Assembly: GCA_052327205.1 (NCBI GenBank)
Contig: CM126217.1
Location: 38,564,001 to 38,628,000, forward strand
Direction of reading: 5' to 3'
Length of the DNA stretch: 64,000 nucleotides
Source: Somniosus microcephalus
Lineage: Eukaryota
The position numbers and the translations under genes are program-made. Shown here in pieces: positions 13,880 to 25,573 of this stretch. How positions within the stretch are numbered: the stretch's first letter is position 1; the number at the start of each line of letters is the position of its first letter. The notes beneath the pieces were generated by a model. The model saw nothing but the letters and a program-made list of their open reading frames with translations. It was not told where the DNA came from and ran no database searches.

Positions 13880-14700
13880 AGCTTAGTCTCTTGCACCGTG
13901 GGGCTTCCCTTTTTGCATTCCTTCCATTTCAAACAGGGCTCTATGGGATTCCCATTTGGAACATCCACGCATCTATATTTGTTGGAGGAAGAGCAGGAGG
14001 CCAGACTGCTCAGGCACTGTAGGGCATATGGCACCTGCCCGCCTGCCTATTACCCCCCCCCCCCCCCGAATGTAGAGACCCGAGTGCTCCGACCTCCAGC
14101 TGACCCAGGAGCAGTGCTTGAAGAGGTTGCGTTTCACAAAGGAAGCCATCAAATGAGTTATGGTACAACCTGAGCTACAGTCCACCTACTCCACAGGTAC
14201 ATTACCAGTGGCTGTGAAAGTCACCATCATCCTCAACATTTATGGTACAGGGTTATTCTGGGCTGCCACTGGAAACATTAGTAACATTCCTGTAAACAGA
14301 CGCATTGTTTGCTCGAGCAAGTTCCCCAAGGTCAGCAGAATAACAGGTGTTACCATTTTAGAGTGGCAGGATTTCCCAAAGTACAAGGAGTCACAGATCG
14401 CACTTGCATGGCCATATATGCTCCCCTCAATCTCATCACCTGCGTCCACTCGGTTGTGACCAGCTGCACTGCAGCATGCAAGGTTCCATCAGCCACGAGT
14501 GTCATCATAGAGCACACTATTGGAATTTTGAAAGCACACTTCAGGTGCCTGGATTGGTCCTTAGGGCCTCCGGGATGAGGCATCAGCTGCAGATCTGCCT
14601 GAAGCTGCCACACACTTCAGGATGGATGGCTGTGTTATCACTCAAAGGGCAAAGCATCATCAGGAGCTGTTTTTTTTAAGCTGCTGCAGGCATTTAAATT
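13880..14700 (+). mobile_element. PIF/Harbinger transposase (HARBI1-like) remnant
   Basis: Frame-shifted fragments TLPVAVKVTIILNIYGTG, AGFPKVQGVTDRTCMAI and IIEHTIGILKAHFRCLD are typical of Harbinger DDE transposases. Confidence 0.8.
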
Positions 14701-15282
14701 CTGTGGCAGCACATTATTTCCTCCCCTCCCTCCCACAGTGGTGCACTTCCAATCAGAGGTGGGAGCCCATCGCCACTGTTCAAACTACGCTGACCTTAGA
14801 ATCTGAGTCAGCGATGAAGTGCTGCTAACTACACTTCAGGCAATTATAGTTGTGGAGGAAACTACTGGTGGCTATGGATTAGGTATTTAGTTAAACCCAT
14901 AATTTGAAGCAGAGTACTTTCAATCCATTCATATTCAGCTAGGTCACCAAGAGTAGCAAAGGAAACAATGACCCATTTGTTTACTCTCCCAATGGCCCAC
15001 AACCGCCCCAGCAGAAGAGATGAGTAACACAATCCAATTAATCAGGTACACTGCACAGGGCCCATGAGGAACTGCAGTTAGACCAGCTCAATTATTTCAG
15101 AAGCTGGCTTTCTATAAAATTAATATATTCTCCTTCCAAACAAAATTAATATGCTAATTAGAAAACAAACTTAAAATCAATCAATATTTAGAAATGGTGT
15201 GGAGATGCCAGTGTTGGACTGGGGTGGACAAATGTAAGAAGTCACACAACACCAGGTTATAGTCCAACAGTTTTATTTGAAA

Positions 15283-15319
15283 TCACAAGCTTTCGGAGCG
15301 CTGCTCCTTCGTCAGGTGA
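15283..15319 (-). ncRNA. Minimal type I hammerhead ribozyme motif (sense to the host gene)
   Basis: TCAC-CTGACGA-A-GGAGC-AGC-GCTCC-GAAA-G-CTT-GTGA with a perfect stem II. Confidence 0.7.
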
Positions 15320-15390
15320 AGTGGAGAGATGCCTATAGACACAGATTATATAGTCAGAGAATAATCTGTGTCTATAGGCATCTCTCCACT

Positions 15391-15427
15391 TCACCTGACG
15401 AAGGAGCAGCATTCCGAAAGCTTGTGA
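15391..15427 (+). ncRNA. Minimal type I hammerhead ribozyme motif
   Basis: TCAC-CTGACGA-AGGAGCAGCATTCC-GAAA-G-CTT-GTGA: stem I TCAC/GTGA, core CUGANGA...GAAA, palindromic AAGCTT in place of stem III. Confidence 0.65.
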
Positions 15428-15909
15428 TTTCAAATAAAACTGTTGGACTATAACCTGGTGTGTGTTGTGTGACTTCTAACATTTAGAAAACGGAAGGTTT
15501 TGAGCAGTCAAGGAGTTAATATTCACTGCATGGATTTGTATATGGCAGGCGGTTTCCTGCAGCTCAGGAGAGATCTGATAACACAAAAATGTCGTGCTCA
15601 GAGGTTGTACTACACATTCCACATAATGGATTTCAAGGGAATCAAAAGCAAACAGAAAGGGAACCACTCTGGCTCCAAGCCGACAAAACCCAAGCACCTG
15701 CTGTCTCTGCTCCAACATCTACTGCAAGCAAACTACAGCCTTGCTAACTCTTTAATTAACTGAACGAGGTACTTGGCAGATCACTGCACTCAGCTCAGTT
15801 ATACTGCAGTCTTAATCACAGCCGTCATAAGACACAGTTCATTACAATGCAGTACGTAACTCCAGCCTTGCAGCAAAAATAATGACCTTTATAAATCTTG
15901 GTATTTCAA

Positions 15910-16135
15910 CAGAGGAGTGAAAGAGAGAGAGCGAGAGAGAGAAGGGAGATGGGGAGAAGAGAACGCGAATGGAGATGGGGAGAGGAGAGAGAGCAACAAG
16001 GGAGGCGGAGAGAGAAGAGAGAAGGAGAAAGGAGGCAGGTAGAAGGCAGAGAGAGACCAGTAAAGGGGGGGTGGGGAGGGGACAGAAAGAGTGAGTGAGA
16101 AGGGAGGGAGGGAGGGATGGATGAAGAGGAAAAAA
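15910..16135. repeat. Purine-rich (GA/GGA) low-complexity tract
   Basis: About 220 nt, almost entirely A/G on the + strand. Confidence 0.85.
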
Positions 16136-17619
16136 CCCAAAACATGCACAATTATCATATTTGAATTATTAAGGAAGATCTGCAGTAGACAACATTTTCA
16201 ATCTCTTGCTCCCATTAATAGCACCTTTGTATTGCACAGAACAATTGAAAATAAAGTGGGTTCAGATCCAGATCAAGCCAATAGGATGGAAGCCTATTTT
16301 CTTTGTCAGCTGTACATGAAATGTGTTTGAGCAACCTCAACCTAGCACCTAAAGGATTCCCGTCGACAGCATAAAAGTCACCATAGTTCAGCAGCAATTG
16401 ACACTAAATACCTATATAACCATAAAAGGTTTATTCATTTGCACAAATAATGATCACAGTCAATTGAATTATCCTCCAGAGGAATCAAAGAGTCTAAATA
16501 ACTGAGTAACCAAGTTGCAAGCCTGCAACATAACCATATGATATAAAAGATTTCATCGATTGCCACAGTTTCAGTGATTAGTGTCTTTTGCTCAAATTAA
16601 GCCTGATTTTGGTTTCAAGCTTCTTGGAAGGCCAAGTGTGCATGTAATGTCATAATTATTGATTACCACACAAGATTAAACAAATGGAGAGGAGGTACTT
16701 TTTAAGTTCAAATGCAACATGTGCAAGAAACAAAAAAATTATCTTGCTGACATTACATGCCTGATGAGTGATTCTATTTAGAAAAAATGGAAAGCCTTAC
16801 CTTCTGGATTCACTAAAACAGGTCCTGTTTATATTTGAGAAGTACCATCATTTCATTCACTGGTTGGGATCAGTGCCGGCCTGATTTGACAGAAAGTTGT
16901 TCTGCCAATAACACCAGAAGTTGAATAATGCTCAGGCAGTGGGGAAGGGAGGGGAAGAAAAAGCCAGCAACAGCACATGGATGGTCACGGTGTTGGGTGG
17001 CAGGATGGCACGCAGGCATTTCTTAAATGAATGAAACAGATTGATGTTTATGGCCTGCAAACCTAGAGTCAGATAATACTAGCAGCTTGATCTTAATATG
17101 CCATGGTAGCTTTTACACTATAGTGAGCAGTACATTGGATTTTAAACAATGTATACACAAATATCCATCACACTCATCTACACATGCAACACTCTAGATC
17201 TAGTCACAAGGTAACAAGGATTTGCACAATTGTGAATATTGAGGGAAAGTAATTATCAGGCAGTGTTTTTGAGCCAAACTTTTTTTTTTAAAGGAAGGCA
17301 CACAACACAACACAGACTAGTGGGGGTGATGTCAACCTACCCAAAATGCACTGCAGGAAGGAGAATCCCCCTGGTGGTGAGAAAGTGCAACGTTACAAGT
17401 TGGACAAGGTCACAACACAACAGAACATGCTTCAGAACAACTGTCAAAGGGGCTCCTTGGCAAAGTATTGGCATTTATTTTTGAAAAGACCCATTGCCAT
17501 GACAGAACTAAACATGAGAGGGGGATAAAAAGTGGTGTGCTTGGGGAAGCACTCTCACATTTCATGAATATCTTTTTTTTTTTTTTTTTTTTTTTTTTAA
17601 GTCCACTCTCTCACCAAGT

Positions 17620-17910
17620 TATCTCCCCATTTCCCCCCTCCTCTCCTGAAGGTAACAATTAATGCTGTCATACAGGCATCAGCTCTCCATCTCACCAAAT
17701 GGCCATTCTATATTTGTGATTCTTAGCAGTATTCAACTGAGCCTAGGGGAGTAAAGAAACGTTAGAACTGAACTAATCCTATCTTCAACCAGGGTCCACA
17801 CACGTGCATCATTTCCAGCAGAGGTTACTAGATAGCAATCAGGAGCAGGAATTGCAGTCGATTTTTCTTTTACTTAGCCTGGGGACAATAAGGACAATTG
17901 TAGCATCCTA
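17620..17910 (-). mobile_element. Old interspersed repeat (SINE-like), family also seen at ~20300-20610, ~35540-35680 and ~38040-38520
   Basis: Shared motifs (ccagcagaggttactagatag..aggagcaggaa; cctagcc..caattgtag); tRNA-like head on the minus strand in the longer copies; family name not recognised. Confidence 0.5.
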
Positions 17911-17934
17911 ACCGGTGCCCTGGAAACAGCAATG

Positions 17935-19120
17935 AAAAGTTTTTGATAAGGTCCCGCATAAGAGATTAGCGTGTAAAGTTAAGGCACATGGGATTGGAGG
18001 CAAGGTATTGACTTGGATAGAGAACTGGTTGGCAGACAGAAAGCAAAGAGTTGGAATAAACGGGTCTTTTTCCGAGTGGCAGGCAGTGGCTAGTGGAGTA
18101 CTGCAGAGACCGGTCCTTGGACCCCAGCTATTCACAATATATATTAATGATCTAGACAAGGGAACTAGATGTAATATCTCCAAATTTGCAGACGACACAA
18201 AGCTGGGTGGGCATGTGTGCTGTGAGGAGGATGCAGAGAAACTCCAGGATGATTTGGACAGGTTGGGTGATTGGGCAGAAGCTTGGCAGATGCAATAGAA
18301 TGTGGATAAATGCAAGGTTATCCACTTTGGTGTCAAAAACAGGAAGGCAGATTATCTGAATGGCAATAGATTGGGAGAAGGTAAAGTGCAATGAGACCTG
18401 GGTGTCCTTGTGCACCAGTCGCTGAAGGTAAGCATGCAGGTGCAGCAGGCAGTTAAGAAGGCAAATGGTATGTTGGCCTTCGTAGCAAGAGGGTTCGAGT
18501 ACAGGAACAAGGATGTCTTGCTGCAGTTGTACAGGGCCTTGGTGAGACCACATCTGGAGTATTGTGTGCAGTTTTGGTCACCTTATCTGAGGAAGGATGT
18601 TCTTGCCATGGAGGGAGTTCAGCGAAGATTCAGCAGGCTGATACCTGGGATGGCAGGAATGATGTACGAGGAGAGATTGGGTCGATTGGGCTTATACTCG
18701 CTGGAGTTTAGAAGAATGAGAGGGGATCTCATTGAAACTTATAAAATTCTGACAGGACTGGACTGGGCAGACTAGATGCAGGAAGGATGTTCCCGATGGC
18801 GGGGGAGTCCAGAACCAGGGGTCACAGTCTAAGGATAAGGATTTAGGACAGAAATGAGGAGGAATTTCTTCACCCAGAGAGTGGTGAACCTGTGGAATTC
18901 TCTAGCACAGAAGGCAGTAGAGGCCAATTCATTAAATATATTCAAGAAGGAGTTGGATATATTTCTTAAGGCTAAAGGGATCAAGGGATATGGGGAGAAG
19001 GCAGGGACAGGGTACTGAATTTGGATGATCAGCCATGATCGCGTTGAATGGTGGAGCAGGCTCGAGGGGCCGAATGGCCTACTCCTGCTCCTATCTTCTA
19101 TGTTTCTATGTTTCCATGTT
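17935..19120 (+). mobile_element. CR1 (HER1-like) LINE, 5'-truncated
   Basis: RT motifs [36 protein letters not shown] and LYRALVRPHLEYCVQFWSP with in-frame stops; 3' UTR and tctatgtt tail. Confidence 0.95.
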
Positions 19121-19597
19121 CCAGAGTACAACAGTCAATGTCACAGATATAGGCATTTATTCTTCTATTTAATTTATGCATGTGAAGTGGGATAATTAAA
19201 ATACAGGCATCCATTTATGAATCCAATCCTCTAGTTGTAGTTTCTATGGAATGGCGAGTGTACAGGTAAGACCGCTAATGGATAAAACTGTAACTATTTT
19301 GGAACGGGCTGGAATAAAAGGTATGGACCACTTCATCCCAGCGCACATATATTGAATTGCAAGTGACTAAGCTTCTGGCCAATCATCTGACAGAGGTGCC
19401 AAAGAACATTCCGAGGATGAATCTCTCACGTTTGCTGCTCCTTTTGGGGAACTGCCCACCTTCATTCAGTTCCTCCTCACCTCCATTCAGTTCCTCCTCA
19501 CTGACTAAGCTGAGACCAGGCACTCAACAGGTGCATGAACCCACATTCTGCCATTGGGTGGCAATATGCTGCAAGCCATTTCAAGGTAGATTTTCCA

Positions 19598-19700
19598 AAA
19601 TAACAACAGAATACGCTGGAAAAACTCAGCAGGCCAGGCAACATCCGTGGAGAGAGAGATAGAGTCAACGTTTCAGGTCGAAACCCTTCTTCTGAACCTT
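19598..19700 (-). mobile_element. Penelope pLTR fragment (family B-like)
   Basis: Similar to the arm at 23901-24000; degenerate hammerhead-like core CAGAAGA...GAAACGTT. Confidence 0.7.
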
Positions 19701-19925
19701 TGCAACTTGCCCCCCACCATGGCATAAAACTAGCATTGCAGATTGCCCGCCCATCATTGGTTTCAAGGACAATGAAAATCAGGTGGTTTCTATAATGGGC
19801 ATCAGCCAGTTTTACACCCAGGTGACAAGTTAAAAATCTACCCCATTGTTACTTGATCAAACAAAGAAATCTAGTCTAAGGGGCGGTAACACAGCTAAAA
19901 GTACGGAGAGATCATTAGATTTCTA

Positions 19926-20291
<366 letters not shown>

Positions 20292-21299
20292 TCAATATTC
20301 TTTGAGCCCCTCTCAAGGCTGGTGGCCCTCCAGTTGCATAATATTGTTTCTGTGTGAGCCAAACAGTCAGTCCTCACAAGTTACTCTACAGTGGGGATCT
20401 CTCAGCTGTGATTCATCTCATACTCCTTTGACATCGACATACTCTCCATTAGGGGGTTACTAGATAGAAACTACATCTAGGAACCACAGCTGACTTCTTC
20501 TCTAACCTAGAAACACAGGTCAATTGTAGTGCTCGCTCAACAGAGACCAGGGATCCAATCCTGGGACTGTCTGGCTGAGCGCTCACACCTTGTGGGTTAT
20601 GCACTGAGCAAAAGGAGCCAGATGTGGTTTTTTTTTTTTATTTTTTTTTTTATAAATGTTAGAAGCCAAGTAGAGGAGATTTTGGAGGGGGGGGGGGGCA
20701 CATTTTTCAGGAGTGCCAGTCTGTCTAAACTTGAATGAGCACTGCCACTACTTACACTGAGCAGTGAAGGGCAGAGCAACAATTATATATAAGATTTGAA
20801 GAAACATCCATGAATCGGAGCAGGATGCCGATCTGATCTCCATTGGGTAGCTTTAAAGCAACACGAACAATATTTACTAAAAGCGGAGAAAAACAGGCAC
20901 TTTTTAATTAAAATTAGTCAAACAGATGAATGATGTAATTGCTAGTTTACACACATTTAAATATAGAGCAGCTGGGTTAGCTACAAGATGGTGCATAAAA
21001 TGCATCTGGGAGCTGGTTACTCATCTCTCATTACTAGAACTGCTAGGAGAGCTGCAGTTTACCCAACAGGAGTCAGTCAGTCAGTCTCTTTCTTGATTTC
21101 TTTCTTTAAACAACCCATTCCCATGCATTTAACAAAGTAATTCTTCATTAGGGCATGAGTAAGCTAGGCAGTGCTTGAGGGAGAAGCCAGCCCAGCATTC
21201 AGCCTCTGAGGCTAGGCACTCTTGGAAGAAAGAGAATTATTGATCTGATGCTGACCCTGCAGTGCATTTCCAGCATTTTCTGTTTTTATGCCAAAGCTA

Positions 21300-21650
21300 T
21301 TTTCATGGTCACATAGTTTCCGCTCAATTCACTGCACGTGCTGTAGTTGATGGTTTATCCAACGGACGTGTTCCTCAGGGCTCGGTCTTCACTCCCACTC
21401 TGTACTTTTCCCACATAAAAGACTGCCTCCACTCATCATCTACCATTATCCAGTCTAGCTGATTATTTTGCTTTACATTCATTAACTTCCTTTAGATCAC
21501 ACATCCTCTGTACTCACCGTGCAATGTTAAATCATTTTAATCTTGATCTCTGTGCCTTTAGTTTGGCACTGAAAATCTTTTTCAATTTTTCTGACACAGT
21601 TTGTTCACGTCTCCAAGCTCAAGTCCATCCAAGATTTGAATTTTGCACCC
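21300..21650 (+). mobile_element. Highly degenerate LINE RT fragment
   Basis: VVDG...RVPQGSVFTPTLYFSHIKD motif. Confidence 0.5.
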
Positions 21651-21845
21651 ATATCTGGGGAGACTCTCCACGCACCCAATAGGAACAAGAGTAGGCCATT
21701 CCGCCATTCAATTAGAAAGGCTGATCTGTACCTCAACTCCATTTAACTGCCTTTGTTCTATATCTTTTGATATCCTTACCTAACAAAAATCAATCGATCT
21801 CAGTCTTGAAAATGTCAGCATCCACAGCCTTTTGGGGGAGTGAGT

Positions 21846-23548
21846 TATATAGAGTCAGAGTTATACAGCACAGAAAGAGGCCCTTCGGCCCATCGGCCCA
21901 TCGCGTCCACGCCGGCCATCAAGCCCTGTCTAATCTAATCCCATTTTCCAGCATTTGGTCTGTAGCCTTGTATGCTATGGCATTTCAAGTGCTCATCCAA
22001 ATGCTTCTTGAATGTTGTGAGGGTTCCTGCCTCTACCACCCTTTCAGGCAGTGAGTTCCAGATTCCAACCACCCTCTGGGTGAAAAAGTTTTTCCTCAAA
22101 TCCCCTCTAAACCTCCTGCCCCTTACCTTGAATCTATGCCCCCTTGTTATTGACCCCTCTACTAAAAGGGAAAAGTTCCTTTCTATCTACCCTATCTATG
22201 CCCCTCATAATTTTGTACACCTCAATCAGGTCCCCCCTCAGCCTTCTCTGCTCCAAGGAAAACAACCCCAGCCTGTCCAGTCTTTCTTCATAGCTGAAGC
22301 GCTCCAGCCCAGGTAACATCCTGGTAAATCTCCTCTGCACCCTCTCCAAAGCAATCACATCCTTCCTATAGTGTGGCGACCAGAACTGCACACAGTACTC
22401 CAGCTGTGGCCTTACCAGCGTTTTGTACAGCTCCATCATAACCTCCCTGCTCTTATATTCTGTGCCTCGGCTAATGAAGGCAAGTATCCCATATGCCTTG
22501 TTAACCACCTTATCCACCTGTTCTGCTGCCTTCAGGGATCTATGTACATGCACACCAAGGTCTCTCTGATCCTCTGTCTTTCCTAGGGTCTTACCATTCA
22601 TTGTGTATTCCCTTGCCTTGTTAGTCCCTCCAAAATGCATCACCTCACACTTTTCAGGGTTAAATTCCATTTGCCACTGTTCCGCCCATCTGACCAACCC
22701 ACCTATATCGTCCTGTAGCCTGAGGCTTCCCTCCTCGCTATTTGCCACCCCACCAATTTTCGTGTCATCTGCGAACTTACTGATCATACCTTTTACATTC
22801 ACATCCAAATCATTAATGTAGACCACAAACAGCAAGGGACCCAGCACCGATCCCTGCGGTACCCCACTGGACACAGGCTTCCAGTCACAAAAACAACCTT
22901 CCACCATCACCCTCTGCCTTCTGCCACTAAGCCAGTTTTGGATCCAATGTGCCAAGGCACCCTGGATCCCATGGCCTCTTACCTTCCTGACCAGTCTCCT
23001 ATGCGGGACTTTATCAAAAGCCTTACTGAAATCCATGTATACCACATCCACTGCACTACCCTCATCCACACACCTAATCACCCCCTCGAAAAATTCAATC
23101 AAATTGGTCAGACAAAGCCATGCTGGCTATCCCTAATTAATCCTTGCCTCTCCAAGTGGAGACTAATTCTGTCCCTCAGAATTTTTTCCAATAATTTCCC
23201 TACCACTGATGTTAGGCTCACTGGCCTGTAATTCCCTGGTTTATCCCTACTACCCTTCTTGAATAATGGTACTACGTTAGCTGTTCTCCAATCCTCTGGC
23301 ACATCCCCTGTGGCCAGAGAGGTTCTGAAAATTTGTGTCAGAGCCTCTGCAATCTCCTCCTTTGCCTCACATAATAGCCTGGGGATTTATCCACTTTTAA
23401 GCCTGCTAAAACCGCTAGTACCTCCTCCCTCTTGATGCTAATATGTTCAAGTATATCACAGTCCCCCTCCCTGTTCCTATGTCCACATCGTCCTTCTCCA
23501 TAGTGAACACAGATGCAAAAAATTCATTTAAAACCCCACCTACATCTT
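21846..23548 (-). mobile_element. CR1 LINE, 5'-truncated, young
   Basis: ORF pieces PEDWRTANVVPLFKKG..NYRPVSLTSVVGKLLE and a 322-aa RT ([27 protein letters not shown]); small deletion at ~23105; CR1 3' UTR. Confidence 0.95.
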
Positions 23549-23900
23549 CTGAGATCGATTGATTTTTGTTCGGTAAGGATATCAAAAGATATAGAACAAA
23601 GGCAGTTAAATGGAGTTGAGGTACAGATCAGCCTTTCTAATTGATTTCCACTACCAATGCTTCTTGATTTCATTCCTAAATGGCCCAGCTCTAATTTTAA
23701 GATTCTGCTATTGTTCTAGATCCCCTGACCAGAGGAAATAGCTTCTCTGTATCGAATCCCTTAATCTTTTTAAATATCTTGATTAGATTACCTTCTAAAC
23801 TCAAAGGATTGCAATCCAAATTTATGCAACCCTTTAAGCCTGATATTATTCTGGTGAATCGGCACTATACCCCTACCAAGGCCAATATACCTTTCCTGAG

Positions 23901-24207
23901 TAACAACAGAAAATGCTGGAAAAACTCAGCAAGTCAGGCAACATCCATGGAGAGAAATTTGAGTTGACGTTTCGGGTTTGACCCTTCTTCAAAACTGGAG
24001 AGAAAAGGAACTAGATCGAAGGCAGGGCTGCGATCGGACAAAAGCCCTGCCTTCGATCTAGTTCCTTTTCTCTCCAGTTTTGAAGAAGGGTCAAACCCGA
24101 AACGTCAACTCAAATTTCTCTCCATGGATGTTGCCTGACTTGCTGAGTTTTTCCAGCATTTTCTGTTGTTATTTCGGATTTCCAACATCTGCAGTATTTT
24201 GCTATCG
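23901..24207. mobile_element. Penelope-derived inverted-repeat insertion (family B)
   Basis: 129-bp arms 23901-24029 and 24043-24171, 13-nt loop, 36-nt tail; 13-bp TSD TACCTTTCCTGAG (23888-23900 and 24208-24220). Confidence 0.9.
24076..24110 (+). ncRNA. Minimal hammerhead-like motif with U3 variant (mirror copy on the minus strand at 23962-23996)
   Basis: AGTT-TTGAAGA-AGGGTCAAACCC-GAAA-C-GTC-AACT; GUC cleavage triplet, stem I AGTT/AACT; C3 replaced by U. Confidence 0.55.
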
Positions 24208-25263
24208 TACCTTTCCTGAGGTTCGGTGCCCAGAACTGAATACAGTATTCCAGGTGGGATCTGACCATGACTCTGTACACCCCTCTCACACTCCTGGACA
24301 GGATACAAGAACAAGCTTGTAGTCCAATAAAATGTGTCTCTATCACCGTCAGCCTCCAATCTCTCTTTCTGCATTGCAATGTTCCTTGTCTTTTTCTACT
24401 TTATGGCTATGGATAGTCATCATTGCTCCTCTGAACTTTGGTAGGTAGATAGTTTGATATACCTACGGTCTATCTTCCAAGCTCCAAATACATATTCTTA
24501 TGCTCTTCTGCCTTGCTACATCCCTACTGTGCTGAAATTAGGACCCCTCAGTCTTTTACTTACCCAAGACCTTAAAACTGTAGAACTCCTTACCTTTTTA
24601 ATTCTTTCCTTCTTCCTGCAATGTTCAGGCATTTAAAACTTAAGCTTGGCATTACCCCATTACTACTTCCTTCCCCCCCACTCCCCCACCCCACCCTTGG
24701 TGGTGTGATACGCAATGGGCCTTAGCCCTACACCTTAGTTTCTTGCAGTTCTTAAGTCAAAACCACAGCAACAGGGAAAGCCCTAACTGGCCAGTGAGAG
24801 TTGCCAGTGGTCCTCACACTTCAGTACACACTGCCCTGGACTCTGGCATCTTAAAATCAGGGTCTTTACGTAATGGAGAAAGGGAAGGGGTAAAACAAAG
24901 AAAAATGGGCAGAAACAAATAGAAAAAGGAGAAACTGAACACTAGAAAATTTAAATATTTTCTAACAAAATAGGTATCATAAAATCACAGAAGTGCCTAA
25001 TCATGGGATGTGGCACAAGCTTGAATATTTAGATGCCTCATCCATTGCACTCTAATAATATGGAGATCCCCGCACAAAGAATTGAGAGCTTTTGTAACAT
25101 TAAGTTGGCAACAAGCTTCTCTTTAGCCTGCCAATGGGGCATCATGCCCAATTTTTAAAGGGGCCTTCACAGGAGGAGGCAGCAGCATTAGTTTGTAGCC
25201 AACACATGAACTAATAAGCTCATTGCTCATATTTTTATTCAACCTTTCTGTCTGAACCACAAC

Positions 25264-25496
25264 TGTTAAGTCTGTGTTCTAGTTATTGTTAATAAGAATC
25301 ACTGCACACAGACCACAAGAATAAATTCAACAGGTCTTTACTAGTCGAAGGTCAGGCTAAACTGCCCAATAAATCATTACACAGCACTTATATACCGGTG
25401 TGGTCACCACCGGTATTACAGTATACAGCAGCCAAGATAAAGTAGTGCATCTCTTAAAATAGTTCTCTTAAAGGTGGAATGGTTACATACACCACA
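25264..25496 (-). repeat. 3' LTR (233 bp)
   Basis: Near-identical to 30256-30491; preceded on the minus strand by the PPT AAAAAGGGAGGAT. Confidence 0.96.
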
Positions 25497-25573
25497 ATCC
25501 TCCCTTTTTAGCTTAACAGTATATATTCCCCCATTTAACATAACATATATACACAACTTCATGTAAAAACAGT

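Larger units (their letters stand above)
15195..15477. mobile_element. Penelope-derived inverted-repeat insertion (family A)
   Basis: Arms 15237-15349 and 15361-15477 with an 11-nt loop; unpaired ~40-nt tail 15195-15236; TSD atttagaaa (15186-15194 and 15481-15489). Confidence 0.85.
21678..24300 (-). mobile_element. Older CR1 3' end interrupted by two younger insertions (pieces 21678-21845, 23645-23900, 24208-24300)
   Basis: CR1 tail ataggaacaagagtaggccatt; the sequence resumes after each insertion; ...RVMVRSHLEYCIQFWAPNLRK at 24210-24290. Confidence 0.75.

Noticed and set aside
13880-14700. Domesticated HARBI1 gene
   Set aside because: Multiple frameshifts and large deletions, and the catalytic motifs are degenerate.
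15889-16158. ORFs across the purine-rich tract
   Set aside because: Low-complexity artefacts.
21708-23644. DNA transposon with 96-bp TIRs
   Set aside because: The left arm is part of an older CR1 3' UTR, the interior is a LINE, and there is no TSD or transposase.
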